Positions 18,791 to 27,072 of a stretch of DNA of 32,000 bases are shown in pieces (the first letter of the stretch is position 1; each line of letters begins with the position of its first letter). Source of the DNA: Pseudoalteromonas tetraodonis (GTDB lineage: Bacteria > Pseudomonadota > Gammaproteobacteria > Enterobacterales > Alteromonadaceae). The DNA is taken from the NCBI RefSeq assembly GCF_002310835.1, contig NZ_CP011041.1:90001-122000 (forward strand). Direction: 5' to 3'. A model generated the notes under the pieces. That model made no database searches, was not told where the DNA came from, and saw only the letters and a program-made list of their open reading frames with translations. A program made the translations under genes and the position numbers.

Positions 18791-20821
18791 TTAAAACTTA
18801 AAGCGCTCTACCGCACCTTTTAAAGAGTGTGCAAGTTGGTTAACATCTTCACTTTCGCTTGCTAGGGTCGTCGCATTGTCGGCATTTAAGGTGGCATGAT
18901 CGGTTACCTTAGCCATTATTTGTTGGATATCAGTGCTGTTTGCAAGTTGTTCATGCGATGCATGGGCAATGTCTTTGCTCATTGCATTGACCGATACTAA
19001 CGTGCTTTTGATACGCTCAACGGCTGCATTTAGTTCAGTACTGTTTTCAACACAATGTTTGGCTTGTTGTTGACCATCATTTATTTCAGCTTGGGTAGAC
19101 TGAGTATGTTGTTGTAGTGTGTTGATCATGGTGGTTATTTCGCTAGTGGAGCTTTGTGTTCGTGCTGCGAGCGAACGCACTTCATCGGCCACTACGGCAA
19201 ATCCTCGACCATGTTCACCGGCTCTTGCTGCTTCAATGGCCGCATTAAGCGCTAGCAAATTGGTTTGCTCTGCAATACTGCTAATCGTATCAACAATAGC
19301 GCCAATCAGTTTGGTGTATTGTGCAAGCTCTTCGGTGCTGCTAACTGCTTTATCTAGGCGGCTTAAAAGAGATTCAATACTTTGGCTATTGTTGTTTGCA
19401 ATGTCATTGACATCATTTGCAAACTGCGAGGCATTCGTTATTTCATTTGAGGTACTCTGCGCTTGTTCGTAAACGGCTTGTGAGCTTTGTAGCATACGTT
19501 GCGCTAATGAGGTTGCTTGTGCGCTGCGTTCCAGCTGTTGCTTAGCAACGATGGTCATTTGTTGCCCTTTTTCACTGGTTTGAATGGCTGAATTATCGAG
19601 TTCGTAGGCGTCGTTACTGATCCCTTTTATTAGGTGAGTTAAATCATCACAAAGCTTATTGGTATTATGCAGTAGGGTACCAAATTCGTCTTTACTTAGA
19701 GGATTACTACGCTGTGAAAAGTCACCTGAGGCTATACGTGCGAGTTCTTTATTCACCTTTTTAAGTGGTTTTAGCATGGCGTTAGTAGTAAACACTGAAA
19801 TAATAACCAGCAAAACAATTAAAACAAAAGCAATAATAATAGCTAAGCTAGAGCCGGTATTGATTGCTGACTTAGCGCTCTCTTGCAGGGAGTCAAAGCG
19901 CGTGTCTGCAAGTTTATTAAGCTCAATTAGCTGATTTTCTATAATGATAAAGGCATGTTGAAAACTTTCAAACCGCTGATCAACCTTGTCTTTGCTATTG
20001 AGTACAGTGTTCTGCAATGCATACAGCCCATCAGGATTATTTAATAGGCTGCTTAAATCGTTAAACGCCGCTATTAACTCATTGGCGTTGAGCTTATTTG
20101 CAATAGGAGAGGCTTGTTGCTCTAAATAACTAAGATTAGATTGAATATTATCGAGTAAAAAAGAAGTGTCCTGTTGGTGGGCATTGATATCTTCAGAGGT
20201 GGTTACTTGCCCAATGCCTTTGACATTATTGTTTAGAGTAAATAATAAATCATCAATTCGAGTCGCTGTGCCAAAAACTGCATTTAAAAGCGATTGCTGG
20301 TTGCCCGCTACGTTTATAAGCTCTATATCAAGTAATTGGTTACTCAGATCGCGAAGCTGTTCATTAAAGGTAACTGTCAGTGCTGCGGCGGTACTTTGCG
20401 CCTTAAAGCGTTGCTCTTTTGCTGCAAGCATGTCGTTGCTTATAGTGTTTAGTTTAGTGAAGTCATTATGAATAGTAACAAGTAATGTTTGCATACTTTG
20501 TTGCTTGGCAACTTGTGCTTTTAGCGTCTCTAATTTATTAAAAAACTGTGTTTGCTCTGCGTGTGCTTGCTTTTTATTTTGCAGTAGTAAATCAAGTTTA
20601 GTTTGGCTGTAAGCAATGGCGTTAAATTTAGTAATTGAAAGTAGCGATAAACGCAGGTCTTTACTCGCTTGCTGTACCGGAACCGCTAACGTTTCTATGC
20701 GCGAGTTAGTGGTACTGATTTGATGGAGTGACCAGTAAAAAAATATGCAGCTGGTGAGCATTAACAGGCCAATAGCTGAAAAGGCTAAAATTATTTTATG
20801 TTTTATAGCGATAGAATGCAT
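18791..20821 (-). CDS. Methyl-accepting chemotaxis protein with large helical periplasmic sensor
   Basis: N-terminal TM, ~300-aa helical ligand-binding region, second TM, HAMP, and the highly conserved signalling hairpin [35 protein letters not shown]. Confidence 0.93.
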   Translation of the reverse strand: MHSIAIKHKIILAFSAIGLLMLTSCIFFYWSLHQISTTNSRIETLAVPVQQASKDLRLSLLSITKFNAIAYSQTKLDLLLQNKKQAHAEQTQFFNKLETLKAQVAKQQSMQTLLVTIHNDFTKLNTISNDMLAAKEQRFKAQSTAAALTVTFNEQLRDLSNQLLDIELINVAGNQQSLLNAVFGTATRIDDLLFTLNNNVKGIGQVTTSEDINAHQQDTSFLLDNIQSNLSYLEQQASPIANKLNANELIAAFNDLSSLLNNPDGLYALQNTVLNSKDKVDQRFESFQHAFIIIENQLIELNKLADTRFDSLQESAKSAINTGSSLAIIIAFVLIVLLVIISVFTTNAMLKPLKKVNKELARIASGDFSQRSNPLSKDEFGTLLHNTNKLCDDLTHLIKGISNDAYELDNSAIQTSEKGQQMTIVAKQQLERSAQATSLAQRMLQSSQAVYEQAQSTSNEITNASQFANDVNDIANNNSQSIESLLSRLDKAVSSTEELAQYTKLIGAIVDTISSIAEQTNLLALNAAIEAARAGEHGRGFAVVADEVRSLAARTQSSTSEITTMINTLQQHTQSTQAEINDGQQQAKHCVENSTELNAAVERIKSTLVSVNAMSKDIAHASHEQLANSTDIQQIMAKVTDHATLNADNATTLASESEDVNQLAHSLKGAVERFKF

Positions 20822-20888
20822 AACTTTATCAACAGTATTAAGACTTTTGTTAGTGTAGCAAGTTTTTTAATATGTTGTTAGTTAGTGG

Positions 20889-21167
20889 TTAATTGCTTGT
20901 GCATTGATATTTTTTACCGTTAATTATTAGCATAGCTTGCTCGCCCTTACTCCAAAACAGTACCTTGGTATTAATATATTTGCTACCAGAGGCACTCACC
21001 TCATGAGTTAATAAATAATCATGCTTATTAAAGCGGAGCGTCGCCTGTTTGTTGCTAATAATATCTAGCTGTGCAGCGGTGTTATCGCACATGTAGTTTG
21101 TTGTAATGGGTTGCTCATTGCATGCAACCAGGGCTATTAAAGCAATAGTAATGGCGTAGTGTTTCAT
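20889..21167 (-). CDS. mliC: MliC-family lipoprotein (membrane-bound lysozyme inhibitor of C-type lysozyme)
   Basis: Lipobox LVAC. The motifs Y.CD, SASGSKY and FWSKGEQA plus a C-terminal Cys match E. coli MliC (SASGARY, FWSKGDEA). Confidence 0.78.
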   Translation of the reverse strand: MKHYAITIALIALVACNEQPITTNYMCDNTAAQLDIISNKQATLRFNKHDYLLTHEVSASGSKYINTKVLFWSKGEQAMLIINGKKYQCTSN

Positions 21168-21289
21168 TAGGCTGTGTTTTACTTATTTAGTCGCTTGGTT
21201 AATTAAGAGCTTAGCAAAGCTAAATTAACCGTTGGTGAAAATAAGGCTTTACGTTATGTTTAAGCTCTTATTTTTAGCTAGGGAATATC

Positions 21290-22210
21290 ATGGCTGGCAC
21301 TAACCTCTTAACATTACTTGATGATATAACGACCTTACTTGATGATATTGCGACCATGAGTAAAGTTGCGACTAAAAAAACGGCAGGCGTACTAGGAGAT
21401 GACTTGGCGCTCAATGCGCAGCAAGTTACAGGGGTCACTGCCGATAGAGAGCTGCCGGTAGTATGGGCGGTGGCAAAAGGGTCGTTTTTAAATAAAGCGA
21501 TATTAGTCCCTGCTGCGTTATTAATTAGTGTGTGGTTGCCTTGGCTAATTACGCCACTTTTGATGATGGGTGGTTTATTTTTATGTTTTGAAGGCGCTGA
21601 AAAAGTATTTGCTCGCTTTTTACCTCACCATGAGGAAACGATAGATGATGATGAAAAGTTAGATTTAGTTGAATATGAAAGGCAAAAAGTAAAAGGTGCT
21701 ATTCGTACTGACTTTATTCTGTCTGCTGAAATTATTGTAATTACCTTAGGGACTGTGGCTGGGGCTACGTTAATGAATCAAGCACTGGTGCTAAGTGTTA
21801 TTGCCATCATCATGACAATTGGTGTTTATGGGCTGGTAGCTGGAATTGTAAAACTTGATGATGCAGGATTGTATTTACTTAACCAATCAAAACTCTCTGC
21901 GAATAAATTTAAAGAATTACTGGGTAAAGGCCTACTTGCAGCAGCTCCCCGACTTATGCAGTTTTTAGCCTTTGCAGGTACAATCGCCATGTTTTTAGTG
22001 GGGGGTGGAATTTTAGTGCATGGTGTTGAGTTACTGCATCATACGCAGATTGATATCACACATTACGCCCAGTCAACTTTAGGTGGGGTAGGTGAGATGC
22101 TAGCCCCTTTAGTATTTGATGGCTTACTTGGTGTGGTTGCGGGTTTGGTTATTGTTATTATGCATGTAACCTATACTAAGCTCTTTAAAACCCATAATAG
22201 CGCGGCGTAA
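21290..22210 (+). CDS. DUF808 family inner-membrane protein (YedI-like)
   Basis: The characteristic N-terminus [36 protein letters not shown] is followed by several TM helices. AGGGA lies 6 nt upstream. Confidence 0.85.
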   Translation: MAGTNLLTLLDDITTLLDDIATMSKVATKKTAGVLGDDLALNAQQVTGVTADRELPVVWAVAKGSFLNKAILVPAALLISVWLPWLITPLLMMGGLFLCFEGAEKVFARFLPHHEETIDDDEKLDLVEYERQKVKGAIRTDFILSAEIIVITLGTVAGATLMNQALVLSVIAIIMTIGVYGLVAGIVKLDDAGLYLLNQSKLSANKFKELLGKGLLAAAPRLMQFLAFAGTIAMFLVGGGILVHGVELLHHTQIDITHYAQSTLGGVGEMLAPLVFDGLLGVVAGLVIVIMHVTYTKLFKTHNSAA

Positions 22211-22218
22211 TCGCGCTA
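22198..22218. terminator. GC-rich hairpin between convergent DUF808 and the Sel1 gene (possible terminator)
   Basis: Stem tagcgcg / cgcgcta with loop gcgtaat, overlapping the DUF808 stop codon. The flanking T/A tracts are weak, so termination function is uncertain. Confidence 0.3.
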
Positions 22219-22225
22219 CTTTACA

Positions 22226-23167
22226 TTATTCACATTGTGCACTTTTACATAATTGCTCAAGCTCGTGTTTAGCTTTGCTATTACCTTGAGCAATGGCTTT
22301 TTTGTACCAATAAATAGCTTGTGGGGCGTTTTTCTCTGTGCCTTGCCCGTCGCGATACATTTGCGCCAGATTTAGTTGCCCCCATTGAGAACCTGTTTGC
22401 GCTGCAAGAGCAAAGCTTTCTAGCGCCTCATCGTATTGCTCATCTTTGTGGTACATAATTCCTTGTTGATTATTTTTATCGAGCTTTACTCCTTTATATA
22501 AAGGTTTTGGCTGTGGCGGAAACATCACAAACCCCCCATATAAACTATTTGCATAGGGGCGCAGCACGTCGAATATAATGTCATCCTTGTATAAGCGTTT
22601 TATTTCATTACGAGGTAGGGTGATGGTTTTAGACGAAAAGTAATCTCTTTGCACTAATAAACTTGCACGCATTGCTGTGGTTATAGCACTGCTGCGCTTA
22701 TAGCTGTAATTACTCACCTGAAACGTTATAAATTGCTGATCAAAGCTCAGCACTTGCGCTACTTTTAAATTAGTCAGTGTCCACGGTTCATGAGTGAATT
22801 TATCGGCCTTTACTAAATAGGTATCGTAGGCTTTGGGGTTGGTTAAATAACTTTGTTTTAGCGCCTCAGCATTAAGGTGTTTTTGGTAAAAAAATAACAA
22901 TACCCACAGCAATAAAACTAACCCAATACAGTATTTGGGTAGGCTTAGCTTTTCGAACAGGGGTAACTTTTTAATGCTTGTAGGCTCACAATGTCCACAT
23001 TGATAGCACTCGCGTTTATAGCTCAACTTTATCGGAAATATAGGAAGAATAGTAAAGCGCAAAAAGCGGCTTTGGTTAACTAAGTGATAGCTGTTACTTT
23101 TGCAATTAGGGCAACACTGTACTTGTGTAAAATGAGGAAAAGACTGACTGGTATTGAAAAGCAGCAT
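22226..23167 (-). CDS. Membrane protein with N-terminal Zn-ribbon, one TM helix, unknown middle domain and C-terminal Sel1/TPR-like repeats
   Basis: CPNC...(36 aa)...CYQCGHC four-Cys ribbon. TM helix YCIGLVLLLWVLLFFY. C-terminus with Sel1-type repeats (GQLNLAQMYRDGQGTEKNAPQAIYWYKKAIAQGNSKA). AGGGAG lies upstream of the ATG. Confidence 0.7.
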   Translation of the reverse strand: MLLFNTSQSFPHFTQVQCCPNCKSNSYHLVNQSRFLRFTILPIFPIKLSYKRECYQCGHCEPTSIKKLPLFEKLSLPKYCIGLVLLLWVLLFFYQKHLNAEALKQSYLTNPKAYDTYLVKADKFTHEPWTLTNLKVAQVLSFDQQFITFQVSNYSYKRSSAITTAMRASLLVQRDYFSSKTITLPRNEIKRLYKDDIIFDVLRPYANSLYGGFVMFPPQPKPLYKGVKLDKNNQQGIMYHKDEQYDEALESFALAAQTGSQWGQLNLAQMYRDGQGTEKNAPQAIYWYKKAIAQGNSKAKHELEQLCKSAQCE

Positions 23168-23170
23168 GAA

Positions 23171-23219
23171 AATACGCTCCCTGTTTTAATTCTCTTTAAG
23201 TTAAAACAATGAGCGTATT
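23171..23219 (-). promoter_or_regulatory. Two-tier hairpin between the M28 peptidase stop and the Sel1-gene start (terminator and/or RBS-sequestering structure)
   Basis: Outer 9-bp stem aatacgctc (23171-23179) / gagcgtatt (23211-23219). Inner 7-bp stem gttttaa (23183-23189) / ttaaaac (23201-23207). On the mRNA strand the 3' arm ends in UAUUUUC directly before the AUG at 23167 and includes part of the AGGGAG Shine-Dalgarno. Confidence 0.45.
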
Positions 23220-23253
23220 AGTTAAAGCAGCAAACTGTAAGTAATTATGTCAG

Positions 23254-24657
23254 TTACTCTTTAGTGCGTGCTTTTGGCTTAATGGTCGTTTTAGCGTCGG
23301 CGGCCATTAACGCAAATACAGCATAAGCAGCGGTGTTTTGACGAAGTTTAGCGGGGGTTACTTTATCAAGGGTGTCATCCGCTGTATGGTGGTAATCAAA
23401 GTAGTCAGTACCATCTTGTGCCAGTTCAAAAATAGGCGCAGAAACTGCATTTTTAAATGGGATGAGATCGGGGCCGCCTTTAGCTTCATTTTGGCCAATG
23501 TATTCAATATTTAATGGCGCAAGCTCTTTGGCAATCGCGCGCACTACTGGCAGTGAAGCTGCGTTTACATTTGATTCAAAGCCATAAACTACATCAGCAC
23601 CAAAGTCAGACTCTGCAGCAGCCACAATGTTATTAAGCTCATTTTTATGCTTTGCAAAATACGCTTTTGCGCCCCAAAGGCCGAGTTCTTCAGCTGCAAA
23701 AAGCACAACGCGAATACTGCGCTTAGGACGTTTTACATCACTAATATGCTTTGCTGCTGCCATGGTTAAGGCAACGCCAGCGCCATCATCCAGAGCGCCA
23801 GTACCTAAATCCCACGAATCTAAGTGTCCACCAATAAGTACATATTGCTCAGGGTTTTCAGTACCATTAAATTGGCCAATGACGTTATAACCAGTGCCCT
23901 CGCCTAGGTTTTCGGTTTGTACATTAATATTAACCGACACGTCTTTGTTTAATGCGACTAATCGTGCTATTTGGTCAGCATCAGGATTGGCAATAGTCAC
24001 GTTAGGTATTTTAATTACCCCTTCTTTATAATAGCTACCGCCGGTATGTGCAAAGCGATGGTGGCCAGTGCTAACTGAGCGCATCATATAGGCAACGGCG
24101 CCTTTTTTAGCTGCTTCAATTGCTCCGGTAGCACGGGCTTTTACCGCGGGGCCATAACCATTGCCGTCAATATCACGGTTCATACGGTAATTAATATAAG
24201 CAATTTTACCTTTTAAGCTATTCGCCGGTGCAGCTTTTAATTCGTCAAGGGTTTCGAATAAGACGACAGGTGCACTGATCCCCTCTTTGGGTGTACTAAT
24301 GCTGTTACCCAGTGCTGTTAAATGCAGAGGTTGCTCGCTTGGAGTGAGTATTTTTCCGCTTTCGCTATAGCGACGCCATTCAGGGAAGGTTGCTTCTTCT
24401 AACCAGACTTTATCAAAGCCCAATTCATCAAACTTTGCTTTTGCCCAAGCAACGGCTTTCTTATCGTTTTCGGTGCCTGGTAGGCGCGGGCCTATTTCAG
24501 TGGTGAGTGATTCTAGTAATTGATAGCTTAAATCACTTTTAAGGGCGGTGGTGCGCACCTCATCTACTTGTTGTAGCTGTTTTGTAGTGAATTCACTGTT
24601 GTTGGCGCTTACCGTCATGCTGGTGGTAAATAGGAGTGCTGTGAGCAATTGTTTCAT
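23254..24657 (-). CDS. Secreted M28-family zinc aminopeptidase (with PA-type insert)
   Basis: Signal peptide MKQLLTALLFTTSMTVSA. M28 metal-ligand motifs GGHLDSWDLGTGALDDGAG and FAAEELGLWG, plus a C-terminal H..D. Confidence 0.9.
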   Translation of the reverse strand: MKQLLTALLFTTSMTVSANNSEFTTKQLQQVDEVRTTALKSDLSYQLLESLTTEIGPRLPGTENDKKAVAWAKAKFDELGFDKVWLEEATFPEWRRYSESGKILTPSEQPLHLTALGNSISTPKEGISAPVVLFETLDELKAAPANSLKGKIAYINYRMNRDIDGNGYGPAVKARATGAIEAAKKGAVAYMMRSVSTGHHRFAHTGGSYYKEGVIKIPNVTIANPDADQIARLVALNKDVSVNINVQTENLGEGTGYNVIGQFNGTENPEQYVLIGGHLDSWDLGTGALDDGAGVALTMAAAKHISDVKRPKRSIRVVLFAAEELGLWGAKAYFAKHKNELNNIVAAAESDFGADVVYGFESNVNAASLPVVRAIAKELAPLNIEYIGQNEAKGGPDLIPFKNAVSAPIFELAQDGTDYFDYHHTADDTLDKVTPAKLRQNTAAYAVFALMAADAKTTIKPKARTKE

Positions 24658-24761
24658 ATTCAGAGAGCCTTTGTAATGATTAACACCATTAAAGCATGTA
24701 ACAAACAGGATAAAAAATAGATGAGATGAGTAGGCTATTCAGTGGGTTCAAAAGTCAGTTC

Positions 24762-24792
24762 AAAAAAAAGCCCACCTCAAATTGAGGTGGGC
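24762..24792 (-). terminator. Rho-independent terminator of the TonB-dependent receptor gene
   Basis: 9-bp stem gcccacctc / gaggtgggc (24770-24792) with loop aaatt. On the minus strand it is followed by U8 (complement of A8 at 24762-24769). Confidence 0.8.
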
Positions 24793-24814
24793 TATGGGTT
24801 TTTAAAGTTTGTAT

Positions 24815-26890
24815 TTAAAAGCTAAATTGCGCTGCTAAACGCACGTTTGTGCCTTCACCTACCGTCACGTTATTTAATCCACCACCGGCTAGGTAGTTTT
24901 TATCGAATAAGTTTTCAATGTTTAAACGCAGGTTAATATCTGTATTACTTACCTTAAGTGCGTATGTTGCGCCAACATCAACACGGGTATATCCCTGTTT
25001 TGTTACTGTATTGGCATTATCGGCAAAACGTTCACCTTCATAAAAAGCGCCGGCATTAAAAGCAATGGCGTCGTTGAGTTCATAACGGGTCCAAAGTGAG
25101 GCTGACCACTTTGGCGCATCGGTTGGGCGCTTACCTTCTAATTCTTCATCTCGTTCATAGTTAGCATCTAAATACATGGTTGATGCCATAACAAATAAAC
25201 GATCGGTAGCAGCACCTTGTGCAGAAAGTTCAAAGCCTTTATGGCGTTGTTCACCTGCTTGCGTGGTTATACTGGTTATATCACCAATAGGGTTAATCAG
25301 ATTTTCGCTCACTAAGGTGCCTGTTTTACTAATATCAAATAGGGCGCCGCTAAGCATTAATCGATCATCAAACAGTTGCCATTTAACCCCAACTTCTCGT
25401 TGCTCAGAGGTAATGGCATCGAGTTTCATGCCATTATTAACATCATTTTCATTTTCTAATGTTTCGTTTTGCGGCTCAAATCCTTCCGAGTAACTTGCGT
25501 ATACGGTTGCTGATGCATTTGGATGGTAAAGTACGCCGACCTTAGGTACGAACGATTCGTTATTGCTGTTTTCTTTACTTTGTTTATCGTAACGACCACC
25601 CAGTGATAGTTGCCATTTAGGCGAGAACGAAATCAAATCTTGAATATAAATCCCGTAGTAATCGTAGGCAGATGAGCTAATAGTATCATCTGATTTGTAA
25701 CTTATATTAGGGCGATTAGGCTCATTTTGACCGGCAGAAAAATTAATTGCATCAGCAGATGTGCGTAATTGGCCGTAGTAATAATCCAGTGAATTAGCGC
25801 CTATTAATAATTGATGATGCACACCCACGGTTTCAAATTCGCCAATAAAGTCGATAAAAGCAGTTTTAAATTGCCAATCATCAAAGCGATCGTAAGGGCG
25901 TGACTGATAACTATCGCCTTCGATAAAGTCACTTGGCTTACGTGGTGCTGACTCAAAACGCTGGCGCTCAAATGTTTGTTCATTGTAGCCAAGTTTTACT
26001 TGCCAGTTATCGGCTAAAAATACATTAAAATCAATGCCCATGTTTTCAACGGTGATGTCGGTAAAGGCCCAAGACATGTCACGAATTGTTTTATCGTTAC
26101 CAATGATATTAGCATCATTATCGATCCAAGCCCCCGTATCCAGACCTGCTTCGTCATCGGTACGGTCATAGTGAACACGTACTAAGGCATTATCGCTAAT
26201 ATCGTAATCAACCACTAATGCACCTAAAAAACGATCGCGTTCGCGGTTATCACCGTTTTGATACTCACGCCAATATTCAACATCTTGTTTTACTAATACG
26301 CCACGGGCACGTAAATCTTCAGCTTCAGTCAATGCGCCGCCAGCATCAAGCATAAAGCGAGTTGAGCCATGTTGATCGACATCGGCACTGGCATTAAATA
26401 ACGTTTGTGCGGTTGGCTTTTTGGTCACCATATTTACTAAGCCGCCAGGGCCCGATTGGCCGTACAAAATACTCGATGGTCCTTTAATTACTTCAACTTG
26501 CTCTAAAATTTCAATGGGTTGTTGATAGTGCGACCAATGCTGGTGGCCATCACGCAGGTAGCCGGTTGATGAACTTAACTCAAAACCACGTAAGTTAAAT
26601 ACTTCACGATTACGTTGCTTAGATCCTGGCGTTAAACTCGCATCGTTACTTAGTACTTCACCTAAGGTGGTTGCTAGTTGCTCATTTACAATTGTATCTG
26701 TAATAACAGTGACTGATTGTGCGGTATCGAGTAATGAGGTTGAGGTTCTCATTGCCCCACTGGCATTATCTACTTTGTAGTCGTTGAAGTAACTGCCTTT
26801 TACTTCAATGCGCTCTATATTTGCGGTGTTAGCGAATACATTTGCAGAGGTACTGGCTAAAAGTGCGATAAAAAGTGGGTTAAGTTTCAT
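24815..26890 (-). CDS. TonB-dependent siderophore-type outer-membrane receptor
   Basis: Signal peptide, plug-domain motifs (IEVKGS, SVTVIT, RGF, IEVIKGPSSILYG), a long beta-barrel and a terminal aromatic residue (...AAQFSF); 691 aa. Confidence 0.93.
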   Translation of the reverse strand: MKLNPLFIALLASTSANVFANTANIERIEVKGSYFNDYKVDNASGAMRTSTSLLDTAQSVTVITDTIVNEQLATTLGEVLSNDASLTPGSKQRNREVFNLRGFELSSSTGYLRDGHQHWSHYQQPIEILEQVEVIKGPSSILYGQSGPGGLVNMVTKKPTAQTLFNASADVDQHGSTRFMLDAGGALTEAEDLRARGVLVKQDVEYWREYQNGDNRERDRFLGALVVDYDISDNALVRVHYDRTDDEAGLDTGAWIDNDANIIGNDKTIRDMSWAFTDITVENMGIDFNVFLADNWQVKLGYNEQTFERQRFESAPRKPSDFIEGDSYQSRPYDRFDDWQFKTAFIDFIGEFETVGVHHQLLIGANSLDYYYGQLRTSADAINFSAGQNEPNRPNISYKSDDTISSSAYDYYGIYIQDLISFSPKWQLSLGGRYDKQSKENSNNESFVPKVGVLYHPNASATVYASYSEGFEPQNETLENENDVNNGMKLDAITSEQREVGVKWQLFDDRLMLSGALFDISKTGTLVSENLINPIGDITSITTQAGEQRHKGFELSAQGAATDRLFVMASTMYLDANYERDEELEGKRPTDAPKWSASLWTRYELNDAIAFNAGAFYEGERFADNANTVTKQGYTRVDVGATYALKVSNTDINLRLNIENLFDKNYLAGGGLNNVTVGEGTNVRLAAQFSF

Positions 26891-26937
26891 TAGTAGCTTC
26901 CGGCTTAGAGTTATTAGAATAGTAAAACGTCGCAGAT

Positions 26938-26962
26938 CTTAATGAAAATAACTATCATTTGC
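26938..26962. promoter_or_regulatory. Putative Fur box(es) upstream of the TonB-dependent receptor
   Basis: cttaatgaaaataactatcatttgc matches the 19-bp consensus GATAATGATAATCATTATC at 14/19 positions in two overlapping registers (26938-26956 on +, 26944-26962 on -). It lies 48-72 bp upstream of the receptor ATG. Confidence 0.5.
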
Positions 26963-27072
26963 AATATCTTTATTTGCACTTTTTATCGTGCGTTGTTAAT
27001 GGTTGCTAATTGTTAAATCTGCTATTATTAGCCGCATATTTATTGAGACTTTTCTCAAGTTATTTTTTTGCT

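Noticed and set aside
27010-27072. A 21-codon N-terminal extension of dbpA from a TTG start (MLNLLLLAAYLLRLFSSYFFA), which looks like a signal peptide.
   Set aside because: DbpA is cytoplasmic, and E. coli DbpA begins at the residue equivalent to about 27085. The extension is AT-rich promoter-like sequence containing a T7 tract, and it has no SD.
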